From Promethearchaeum syntrophicum (GTDB lineage: Archaea; Asgardarchaeota; Lokiarchaeia; Sigyniarchaeales; Promethearchaeaceae), in NCBI RefSeq assembly GCF_008000775.2, contig NZ_CP042905.2, forward strand, positions 750,001 to 782,000: a stretch of DNA of 32,000 nucleotides, read 5' to 3'. The position numbers and the translations under genes were made by a program. This document shows positions 1-7,989 of this stretch, piece by piece. Under the pieces are notes generated by a model that worked only from the letters and a program-made list of their open reading frames with translations, was not told where the DNA came from and searched no databases. Positions within the stretch are counted from its first letter, which is position 1; every line of letters begins with the position of its first letter.

Positions 1-2
1 TA

Positions 3-329
3 ATCTTTGAAACCGTTCGAGAGAAAAGTTTTCCTCATCTCATCTCAAGATGGGGATGTATTTGGCTAATTCCGTCGAAAAAAGGTATCGGATTCTGGAT
101 TAAAAAACTTGGAATTGCAGATTTAAGTCAATGTAGGATATATAAAGTAAAATGCACGGGAGAAATACATCGAGGACATGAGAAGCATTTACAGGTAGAA
201 TCCATGTCAGTTCCGAATTTTGAAGAAAATGCGATAAAATATTGGACTGGCGGGGGAAAAGACTCATCATATAATGATGAGGTAATTTTCTGGGGAAACG
301 TAGAATTCATTGAAATTATCGATTATTAG
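3..329 (+). CDS. 3'-terminal fragment (108 codons) of an unidentified protein-coding gene whose start lies upstream of the window
   Basis: My own translation of frame 3 is stop-free from nt 3 to TAG at 327..329 (...GIGFWIKKLGIADLSQCRIYKVKCTGEIHRGHEKHLQVESMSVPNFEENAIKYWTGGGKDSSYNDEVIFWGNVEFIEIIDY*). 108 open codons is unlikely by chance in DNA this AT-rich. It is absent from the ORF track because it has no in-window start. No family recognised. Confidence 0.45.
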   Translation: MFETVREKSFPHLISRWGCIWLIPSKKGIGFWIKKLGIADLSQCRIYKVKCTGEIHRGHEKHLQVESMSVPNFEENAIKYWTGGGKDSSYNDEVIFWGNVEFIEIIDY

Positions 330-486
330 AATTCATTCATCAGTTGGAATATTCTTATAGGAAACATTTGTTTTGTTAATTTCCACAAAATGCTAAATAA
401 AAATGGAAAAAAGAATTGCTTAGATTGATTTTTTTTAGAAATTAGATTGTTGAATTATTATTAAATAAATAAGGAATTATCTTAAA

Positions 487-494
487 TTTATATA
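487..494 (+). promoter_or_regulatory. candidate archaeal TATA box for the 517..3877 module
   Basis: TTTATATA is centred ~27 nt upstream of GTG 517, preceded by an A-rich BRE-like stretch. TATA-like strings are common in DNA this AT-rich, so support is weak. Confidence 0.3.
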
Positions 495-516
495 TGGAGA
501 ATGTCTAGAAATTCTT

Positions 517-1209
517 GTGGTATTTGATCAAACGAAAGATTTCTTTCAAAGATATTATCTTCAATATTGGATAACCAAAGCAGAAAGCTTATATTATCAA
601 TTGAACAATATAAAAAAATTTTCAACTTTCTTCGATGAAAATGAATATTTCAAAGAAGCTGAATCACCCGAAAAACCATTACAAAATATGATTACTTTCG
701 ATTTACATTTCCTAAAATTTCAAATAATAGAGGCACTCTTTAGCTTGATTTTTGCTTTAGAAACCTCAAATGAAGAAGAAATATGGTTTAATTTATCTAT
801 TCCTAATGAGATTTCAAAAAGAAATTTCAAACTGTATGATCGAATTGCTTCTTTTAAATCTAAAGGAGAATTATTCACATATTTAAGAAAAGAAAATTGT
901 ATTCAGGATCAACAAATAGAATTTTGGAAGGTGTTATTCTTTCAAAATGAAAATGAAATTCAAGAAGAAAAAAAGGTATTCGAGAATATTTTACGAATTT
1001 TATGGTCTTTTAGGAACCAATTTAAAGACAGAGGTGATTACAACGCATTCAAACATGGTTTAAGGTGTATGGGATCTTCTATATACTTATCTTGGGCAAA
1101 GGAAGAACAATATGGAATTCCACCTCCAAACTTTAAAGAAAAGTTACAACCTTTGGGATATGCTGAAAACGTGATAACATTTTTTAAAAGGAACTCACAG
1201 ATTATATAA
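517..1209 (+). CDS. hypothetical protein, predicted all-alpha, with a weak HEPN/Abi_C-like motif near the C-terminus
   Basis: 230-codon ORF with a GTG start. TTTATATA at 487..494 lies about 27 nt upstream. Composition looks helical. The motif FRNQFKDRGDYNAFKHG is encoded at 1009..1059. A 34-nt gap to the next ORF suggests co-transcription. No family confidently recognised. Confidence 0.6.
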   Translation: MVFDQTKDFFQRYYLQYWITKAESLYYQLNNIKKFSTFFDENEYFKEAESPEKPLQNMITFDLHFLKFQIIEALFSLIFALETSNEEEIWFNLSIPNEISKRNFKLYDRIASFKSKGELFTYLRKENCIQDQQIEFWKVLFFQNENEIQEEKKVFENILRILWSFRNQFKDRGDYNAFKHGLRCMGSSIYLSWAKEEQYGIPPPNFKEKLQPLGYAENVITFFKRNSQII

Positions 1210-1243
1210 TGATCTGGGTATTAAAATACCTCAGACAAAAGAT

Positions 1244-3877
1244 GTGCTTGGAAACACGGTATATTTAATGAAAGATGACGAAATCGAATTAAAAATGACT
1301 GCACATGTTGGAATTCTGCGGTTATTAATACCCCAGAAATTTAGTACATTACCTTGGTCTCAAGAATTATATGCTGGAGAAATGGGTTTTAGTACACAAT
1401 GGATGATGAAATTCGGATTCGCTCTTCCTAAGCAATCTCCCACAATACATGAACAAGTGATTTCGAGTAAAATTAATCATGAAATAAAGGTTAGATGGGC
1501 AGAAGATACGATGGTTGGTACTATCCAGACCGTAACAATGGCTCAGAGAATGTTCAAAGGATTTGCCGGAAGTGAGACATTTATAGATATTCTAGAAAAT
1601 TTCTTTAAGAAATCTCAGATCGGTAAGATGGAACAATTCCTTACTCGTCATTCCAGATTCGATAAGGTTTTGAAAACATTAGAAGTATTAAAAAAAGCAA
1701 GTGATTTATTTGAGGGTGATTTTATCGAAGATATAGTGAAAGAGATGTTCTATATTTCTCATTTGCGTAAATATAAATTTCAAAACAAAAATGCTGAAAT
1801 TTGGTTTAAAGATAACTGGAGACTTTTAGTAACCGATGAAAGCATCCGAAATAGTTTTATTTCTTTGGTTTATAATTCATTAGAAATATGGGAGAAAGAA
1901 AACCATAACACAATATATGGATTTTTCAGACAAGGGGGCGGTAGGAGGAGTCTCACCAAGAATTCGTTTATATATACATTTTCTACCAATATGAGGAAAA
2001 TTCAAGATATAATAAATATTCAAGGTAATCGTCCTCTCGCCTTCCCTATTATTAATTATCAACAATATAACGCCAAAGGTGAATATACAGGATATACAGG
2101 TAATGATTACAAAGCCAAATATCGTCATATATTGAATGCATATGCTTTATCGATGTTAGGATCTTCAAGTCGTACTTCCCAATGGCATTCAAATGAATTT
2201 GAAGTTATGTCAAATGAAAGATTAACAGATATAATGCGTTCAGATGACAGCGAAAAGGAATTTAAGATGTATGAAGTTCTAATGATGGAATCTTTGACTC
2301 GGTTTCTAGTCAATACGTTCTTTGGAGGTGATATAAGTAACTTCAACAATTTCAACTATAAAGTAGCTAATACTGGCGATCCTCTCCACCCAGAAAACGA
2401 TATTATATCCCCCCCTATCTATAACCCTGACCATAACAATGCTGATTTTCGAGAATTAAGTTGGCTTTCCGATCATCTACGAAAAGATTCCAGAATCTAT
2501 ATTGGTCCTCGAGTGATTGACCTAAAACAGACTGGTACAAGAATTGATGAACTCGGAATGTTAATTCCGTATGATATTGTTAAAGATTCATTTTCGGAAT
2601 CTGCTATTGTTTTTGGAAACAATGCATATAAGGATGAAAATGGTAATTGGGTTTTCGTAAATAATGATTTACGCTCGGATTCAGTAGTACTTCTTTCCCT
2701 TCAAAAAATGGGAACAACAGCATTGAAGTATTTTGAACGGGAAGCAGCTGAATGGGATGGAAAGAATACTAAAAAGATGGCAGGAGACTTTATCCGCTTT
2801 TTGGGTCAAATGTATGGTACCGATTGTTTAAAATCCGTCTACATTGAAAATGCTGGAATGACGACCGCTTCTTATTTAAAATACAAACCTTTTGATATAA
2901 TAGGTTTACGAGCTAAAATTCATGCGCCTACTGTTTGTATCGTTCCAAATGCAAAAATGACTCCCAAAGTAAAAGCGGCCATCAAAAATGAAATAGTAAA
3001 CAGAAACTTACCATCTAATACTAGAGGTTATGCTTTAGCCCAGATTTTTGAATATGATGGATCCGGACTTGATTCTATAGTGACAATCGCCGATTATTAC
3101 AGAAAAATAATATCTCATGGAAATCCAGGGGATTTTGATGGTGATGGCAATGTTGATGGGCAATTTAGTGTGATTATGGACCACGATGAACGAATACTGT
3201 TTGATCGAGCTAGGCTTATGGCAGCAGAGCAAGGATTGAAGTTTGATGGAAGCGATAGGGATTTGGTTGGTCTTAAGGGCTTTATCAATTACATCCGTCA
3301 AATAGATTTCACTGTTTCTGATTTCACTGGAAGATTAGGTCTAGTAGAATCTCAAGCTAAAATTATCGTGGAAGCTTACGGTTTGGATTGGGCGGATGGA
3401 GAAACAGGAAATGCAATTTGGGATAAATCGGTCGTCGATTCGTGGTACACAGACTTGGATCATTCGACGACATACTACGAAGGAGGTAATCCATCCTCGC
3501 ATTGGTCTCATTTTGCTTTCAAGATGTTTTACGAGCACATGGCTTCTACAAGCGGCCAAATCCACCTTTTGTTTAATCCGGTACAATGGGCTAATTGGTT
3601 GGAGAAATATAAAATAGATCACCCCAATGCAAATATTCCAGAACAACCATTCTTCTATGCAAGTGATACAACATGGACAGATCCACAATCTTGGAATCCC
3701 GAAATATCATATTCCGAATTTCCAGTAATGAGTTATTTTAATATGCAGTTTATGGACATTGTGAATGATCGCATTACTCTGCATAGATTTGTCTCGAATT
3801 CACCTCATGTTGATGATTTGATGTCTTTGCTTTTATATCTTTATAATTTACAATGGCGCCCAGATGATTGGATTTAA
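1244..3877 (+). CDS. large hypothetical protein (877 aa), no recognisable family
   Basis: Longest ORF in the window. All antisense ORFs inside it are short. I saw no P-loop, DEAD/DExH motif, signal peptide or TM segment. There is a single GDFDGDGNVDG loop (residues 629-639; DFDGDGNVDG at nt 3131..3160). The C-terminal third is rich in W, Y and H. The start is uncertain: GTG at 1244 or ATG at 1268. Confidence 0.75.
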   Translation: MLGNTVYLMKDDEIELKMTAHVGILRLLIPQKFSTLPWSQELYAGEMGFSTQWMMKFGFALPKQSPTIHEQVISSKINHEIKVRWAEDTMVGTIQTVTMAQRMFKGFAGSETFIDILENFFKKSQIGKMEQFLTRHSRFDKVLKTLEVLKKASDLFEGDFIEDIVKEMFYISHLRKYKFQNKNAEIWFKDNWRLLVTDESIRNSFISLVYNSLEIWEKENHNTIYGFFRQGGGRRSLTKNSFIYTFSTNMRKIQDIINIQGNRPLAFPIINYQQYNAKGEYTGYTGNDYKAKYRHILNAYALSMLGSSSRTSQWHSNEFEVMSNERLTDIMRSDDSEKEFKMYEVLMMESLTRFLVNTFFGGDISNFNNFNYKVANTGDPLHPENDIISPPIYNPDHNNADFRELSWLSDHLRKDSRIYIGPRVIDLKQTGTRIDELGMLIPYDIVKDSFSESAIVFGNNAYKDENGNWVFVNNDLRSDSVVLLSLQKMGTTALKYFEREAAEWDGKNTKKMAGDFIRFLGQMYGTDCLKSVYIENAGMTTASYLKYKPFDIIGLRAKIHAPTVCIVPNAKMTPKVKAAIKNEIVNRNLPSNTRGYALAQIFEYDGSGLDSIVTIADYYRKIISHGNPGDFDGDGNVDGQFSVIMDHDERILFDRARLMAAEQGLKFDGSDRDLVGLKGFINYIRQIDFTVSDFTGRLGLVESQAKIIVEAYGLDWADGETGNAIWDKSVVDSWYTDLDHSTTYYEGGNPSSHWSHFAFKMFYEHMASTSGQIHLLFNPVQWANWLEKYKIDHPNANIPEQPFFYASDTTWTDPQSWNPEISYSEFPVMSYFNMQFMDIVNDRITLHRFVSNSPHVDDLMSLLLYLYNLQWRPDDWI

Positions 3878-3897
3878 CTGGACCTTCTTCTTTCATC

Positions 3898-3904
3898 TTT
3901 TTTT
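3898..3904 (+). terminator. oligo-T tract (T7) downstream of the 877-aa ORF
   Basis: ttttttt lies 21 nt after the stop at 3875..3877. Archaeal RNA polymerase terminates at oligo-T tracts (established knowledge). Confidence 0.35.
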
Positions 3905-4012
3905 GATATTTTATTCATCCCAAGGTCTCTCCATTCATTTATATACCCAATTTTTTTTAATTTTTATATCGCAATTGAAACATAAAATATTGGAAGGATT
4001 GTTAACAAGAAA

Positions 4013-5296
4013 ATGTCGTTGAAACACTATGAAGTTCGGTTCAAAAATCTGGATGGAAAAATGATCACCAGACAGATCAGACATATTGATGGATACGAGA
4101 ATGGATCTGGACCTGTATTAAATTTATCAAGTGTGGGTGATGAGCAAGTTTCATCATTCGACGATATACCCCATTTTTATGAAATTGCGCCGTATTTAAG
4201 AGAATTTAGTATTCTTTCGCCTCTTTCGGGAAAAATCAATCTCGGTATTTTTAAAAAAATTCATAAACTTAGTTTCCATAGTTCTCGATGCGAAATCGAA
4301 GGACTGGGAGATCTTAATAATCTCGAATACCTCGATCTATCGTATACACGCTTTAAAAAGATAGAAGGATTGGATCGATTGAAAAAACTCCGTAGACTCA
4401 ACTTATCTAATGCAAATCTTAATAAAATTCCCATCTTGGGGGATTTAAAAAAATTGGATAGACTTGATCTATCTCACAACCAAATAGCCAAAATTGAAGG
4501 GTTGGATGATCTGGATAATTTAGAAATGTTAGATTTATCCCGTAACAAAATATCAAACATTGATGGATTGAATGGTTTAAAAATTTTAAAAAGCTTGAAC
4601 TTATCTCACAACCAAATCCTGAAAATTGAAGGCATTAACGTATTAAAAAAATTAAAATTTCTATATTTCTCCCATAATCAAATTTCCATAATTGAAAACG
4701 TTAATGGAATAAATAACCTTAGCAAAATTTCATTTTCCGATTCTAAACTTAAATCTATCGCAGGAATCAAAAATCTTCCAAATTTAAATTCATTAAATAT
4801 AACCAATACAAATGTTTCATCCCTTGAACCTTTGTTAAAATGTAAAAAAATTAGTTCAATCCTTGCTGAAAACTGTCCCATCCGCTCACTTCATGGTATC
4901 AAGAACGATTCAGATCAACTACAATATTTACTCATCAGCCCCGAAAACTTATGTCCGACCGGTAGTCAATTATATAAAGCAACCATCTCCAATAACTCGA
5001 GTATACGAAACCTCGATATTCATGAAATTACCGCGCTTCTCGAATTCTACCGTCGTTCCGTAACAGATTTAGCCCTTCAACATGCTCATCACTACACCCA
5101 ACAACCTTTAACCGAGCATGAATCTGAACGTCTAATCCATGAAGCAACCCAAAAAGAGCGTAAAATACTCGAAGATGCTGTTACCATAAACCTTCTGCCC
5201 AATAATGATGTTATCCTTTCAAATATTACCGAACGCTTCAGTGTCTATATTAAAAATGGCGAAAGTACTGAAAAAAACTTTAGAATTTTGTTATAA
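4013..5296 (+). CDS. leucine-rich repeat protein (22-residue SDS22/internalin-like repeats) with a conserved non-LRR C-terminal domain
   Basis: About 9 tandem units of the form LxxLxxLDLSxNxIxxIEGLxx (e.g. LDRLDLSHNQIAKIEGLDDLDN, LEMLDLSRNKISNIDGLNGLKI). The C-terminal ~120 aa resemble the C-terminus of the protein encoded at 17981..19225. Confidence 0.85.
   Translation: MSLKHYEVRFKNLDGKMITRQIRHIDGYENGSGPVLNLSSVGDEQVSSFDDIPHFYEIAPYLREFSILSPLSGKINLGIFKKIHKLSFHSSRCEIEGLGDLNNLEYLDLSYTRFKKIEGLDRLKKLRRLNLSNANLNKIPILGDLKKLDRLDLSHNQIAKIEGLDDLDNLEMLDLSRNKISNIDGLNGLKILKSLNLSHNQILKIEGINVLKKLKFLYFSHNQISIIENVNGINNLSKISFSDSKLKSIAGIKNLPNLNSLNITNTNVSSLEPLLKCKKISSILAENCPIRSLHGIKNDSDQLQYLLISPENLCPTGSQLYKATISNNSSIRNLDIHEITALLEFYRRSVTDLALQHAHHYTQQPLTEHESERLIHEATQKERKILEDAVTINLLPNNDVILSNITERFSVYIKNGESTEKNFRILL
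4295..4867 (+). repeat. tandem ~66-nt (22-codon) LRR-coding periodicity inside CDS 4013..5296
   Basis: Recurrent gatctatc/gatttatc ... aaaattgaagg(g/c) strings about every 66 nt correspond to LDLSxNxIxKIEGL units. Confidence 0.8.
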
Positions 5297-5451
5297 AATT
5301 AAATAATGCCAAAACATAAATGATATCAAAAGATAAATATTAAAAAAAGACACCTCCCAGACAAAATGAAAAAATTGAAAATATAAAGATAAATGTCAAA
5401 CTATTCTTTTTGTGAAATAATTCATCCCATTTTCAAAAATAATGAAGTATA

Positions 5452-5817
5452 TTATATGTTTTGCATATCTTCAAGAAATTCTGGTTTAATATAGCGATGG
5501 TTTTGAAGCCAGTTAGTTTGAGTGCGAGTATAGCGCCAAATGATATGAGCTTTTGGATCTTTGTCTTTTCTTACTGTCATATCCGCCCAAGGCATGATTA
5601 AGACAACGTCACCAACTCTTACCCACATCCTCTTTTTGATTTTACCTCGAATAAGACCCAGATATGTTTTCCTATCTTCTGCTTTGATTTGCATATGCTC
5701 TCCTCCATATATCTCTGTGCAAACTCCTAATAATTCATCATTTCTGTAATTGGGGATTCGAGGTCGCTTAGTAACTTCCGTTTGATTGCGTCTTCTATTT
5801 TTTGGCATTTTTTTCAT
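5452..5817 (-). CDS. eif1A: translation initiation factor aIF-1A (eIF1A family, S1-like OB fold)
   Basis: 121 aa with a basic N-terminus. The core GVCTEIYGGEHMQIKAEDRKTYLGLIRGKIKKRMWVRVGDVVLIMPW...AHIIWRY matches the eIF1A signature (G..v.c.DG..r.a.IpGK.rkriWi..GD.vlv.pw). Confidence 0.9.
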   Translation of the reverse strand: MKKMPKNRRRNQTEVTKRPRIPNYRNDELLGVCTEIYGGEHMQIKAEDRKTYLGLIRGKIKKRMWVRVGDVVLIMPWADMTVRKDKDPKAHIIWRYTRTQTNWLQNHRYIKPEFLEDMQNI

Positions 5818-6041
5818 ACCTTTCTAATTCCAAAACTCCGTGATTAGGTATGGTAATTTAATCAAGCTGAAATGGATATTAATATTTTAAAATGGATATT
5901 AACAATTTAATTTTTCTATTTAGTGGTTTATAGTCTTTAAAAAGCAAAATTTTTTTTACTTAAAATACTTAAGTTAATCACTCCCTTTTTCTAACCATTA
6001 TTATGAAAAAAAGGGATTTTAGGAAAAATTAGGTAAATTTT

Positions 6042-6821
6042 ATGTCCTCAGATCAATCCCCCCTTGTTGATAAAGAAATTAAAACAACAATTTTCGCCGT
6101 TAGAACAACTATCGGCCAAGAAAAAAGCGTACTCCAAAATATTTTCAATAGGCTTCGCGTATTAAATCCTTTCCCTGATCTTAAAGCATTAATGATTGCT
6201 GAAGAATTAAGGGGATATGTTTTTATTGAAGCTATTCATCAAAGAGATGTAATGATTACAATTGCTGGATTAAGGCATATCAAAGGAAAAATAGTTGGTT
6301 CAATTAACCTTGAATCTATTTCTCATGTAATATCTCCAAGAAAAGTAACTGAAATCTTAGAAGAAGGTGATCAGGTTGAAATTATATCAGGTGTCTTTCA
6401 AAATCAAAGAGCCCAAGTAATTAGAATGCCTAAAGAAGGTGCTCGTGAGGAAGTAAATCTTAGACTTTTAAATTCAGATTCAGCAATTTCAATAAAAATT
6501 CACGGAGATTTTCTAAAATTAGTTCAGAAAGGTGAGAAACACACTGAGGAATATATTATTAAAGATATGAGTGCTCTTGAACAACCTCAAACATCTATTG
6601 GTGAAAACCAAGGAGATGATTCAGAGAGTATTATCTCAGTTTCAGAAGGATTTGCTCCTAAAGAAAGTGGTTCCGAAGAAGATCTTTTTACTTTCGGAGA
6701 AGAGCCTGGAGATACTAGTGAAGTTCAAGAAGATTTAGATATTGAGAGGAAAAAGAAGAAAAAGATCGAAACCGACGATGAAGACGAAGAAGAAGATGAA
6801 TGGTCCAAATTCACTTTCTAA
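6042..6821 (+). CDS. spt5: transcription elongation factor Spt5 (NusG family; NGN + KOW) with a ~95-aa acidic C-terminal extension
   Basis: NGN domain: IFAVRTTIGQEKSVLQNI...LRGYVFIEA. KOW: EGDQVEIISGVFQNQRAQVIRM. This is followed by a D/E/S-rich tail that ends KKKKKIETDDEDEEEDEWSKFTF. Confidence 0.9.
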   Translation: MSSDQSPLVDKEIKTTIFAVRTTIGQEKSVLQNIFNRLRVLNPFPDLKALMIAEELRGYVFIEAIHQRDVMITIAGLRHIKGKIVGSINLESISHVISPRKVTEILEEGDQVEIISGVFQNQRAQVIRMPKEGAREEVNLRLLNSDSAISIKIHGDFLKLVQKGEKHTEEYIIKDMSALEQPQTSIGENQGDDSESIISVSEGFAPKESGSEEDLFTFGEEPGDTSEVQEDLDIERKKKKKIETDDEDEEEDEWSKFTF

Positions 6822-6857
6822 TCTCCATTTTTTTAAAACAATAGTGAGCTGAAAATT

Positions 6858-7988
6858 TTGCACGGATTTTTCTACATTGCTTTATTTGACTCTGATAATG
6901 GTAAATGCTTAATAGATTTCAAAGATTTAACCTTTACAAAAACAATTTATGATTTTGATTATAATAAGATTTTATCTGATCAAGGAATTTCCTATGATGA
7001 TTTAAATAATAATGAAGAAATCATAAATTTAAAGATTGAACTTGAAGATTTGGGGCATAGTTTTGTATATACGTTTGTTAAAGTAGAAAAATATCACTTA
7101 ATGGTTGTTACTGATTCTGTCTATTCAAAATTGAATCCTTTACTTGAGAAAGCTATTATTGAATTTGACCAAGAAATTGACTTTGATGAAGAAAACCAAG
7201 AAGAAAATCAGATTGAAAGCGAAATAATAGAGAATAAAATTACTTCTTTAGCTATTGAGAATTTTAGTCGGAATTTTTCTGAGTATTTATTCCCTGATTT
7301 TTTAATTCCAGAACGAAAAAACAATATTGAAAAAGAAGGAGAAGAACAAGAAGTAAAACAAGATCTAAATGAGTATCTAAAAAGTAAAAATATAAACCAA
7401 GATTTATTCAATAAAATTGATGGAACATGGTCTATTGAAGAATTTTCAGAAGAAATGGAAATTGATCTAAATAAAATTCATGAAGAATTTTTTAATATGT
7501 GGGTAAATAATCTAATTTATTTTAGATTTAAGTATTATAATTGGGATACCTTAGAACAAACAGAAAATGCTAAATTTTATTTAGAAGATGGGACTCCTGA
7601 GAATCTTTCATTAATTAATAAATATAATTCTGCGAAAATAATTAAAATATTACAAATTATAAATTCAGGGATAACTTTTAAAAAATTGCATGATCAAAGC
7701 ACAATTACTAAACTTCGGCTTGAAAAATATATTACCGAATTAATTTATAGAGATGTAATTCAAAAAAGGAAAGTTATACCCACAATCAAACACATTTCTG
7801 AAGATTTGATACCCTTATTAACGCTACAAGGTTTTACTAAAAATGATTTTCAGTTATTAGAATATTTAGAAGAAAATTTTCGGAATGAGAAAGATTTAGG
7901 GGAAGTAGCTTTAAAAATTCAGATTGATCCAAAGAGAATAAGAGATATTATTAGCAAAGTTGAAACAGCTATCTCAGTAATGAATTGA
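6858..7988 (+). CDS. hypothetical protein: possible N-terminal longin/roadblock-like domain, acidic linker and predicted winged-helix-like C-terminal modules
   Basis: 376-codon ORF with a TTG start, 36 nt after spt5. The N-terminal beta-beta-alpha-beta-beta-beta-alpha pattern is inferred from sequence (FFYIALFDSDNGKCLIDFK ... HSFVYTFVKVEKYHLMVVTD ... LNPLLEKAIIEF). An E/N/Q-rich linker follows. Three helix-rich segments resemble wHTH units. The fold assignment is an inference only. Confidence 0.65.
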   Translation: MHGFFYIALFDSDNGKCLIDFKDLTFTKTIYDFDYNKILSDQGISYDDLNNNEEIINLKIELEDLGHSFVYTFVKVEKYHLMVVTDSVYSKLNPLLEKAIIEFDQEIDFDEENQEENQIESEIIENKITSLAIENFSRNFSEYLFPDFLIPERKNNIEKEGEEQEVKQDLNEYLKSKNINQDLFNKIDGTWSIEEFSEEMEIDLNKIHEEFFNMWVNNLIYFRFKYYNWDTLEQTENAKFYLEDGTPENLSLINKYNSAKIIKILQIINSGITFKKLHDQSTITKLRLEKYITELIYRDVIQKRKVIPTIKHISEDLIPLLTLQGFTKNDFQLLEYLEENFRNEKDLGEVALKIQIDPKRIRDIISKVETAISVMN

Positions 7989-7989
7989 T

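Noticed and set aside
128-310. 60-aa minus-strand ORF from the supplied track
   Set aside because: It lies entirely inside a longer stop-free plus-strand frame (3..329) that runs off the window edge. It is most likely an antisense shadow ORF.
5870-5902. Direct repeat AAATGGATATTAA x2, 20 nt apart, in the aIF1A/spt5 divergent intergenic region
   Set aside because: The repeat is short (13 nt), very AT-rich and present in only two copies. It is plausibly chance or a promoter-element duplication. I could not tie it to any structure or recurrence elsewhere in the window.
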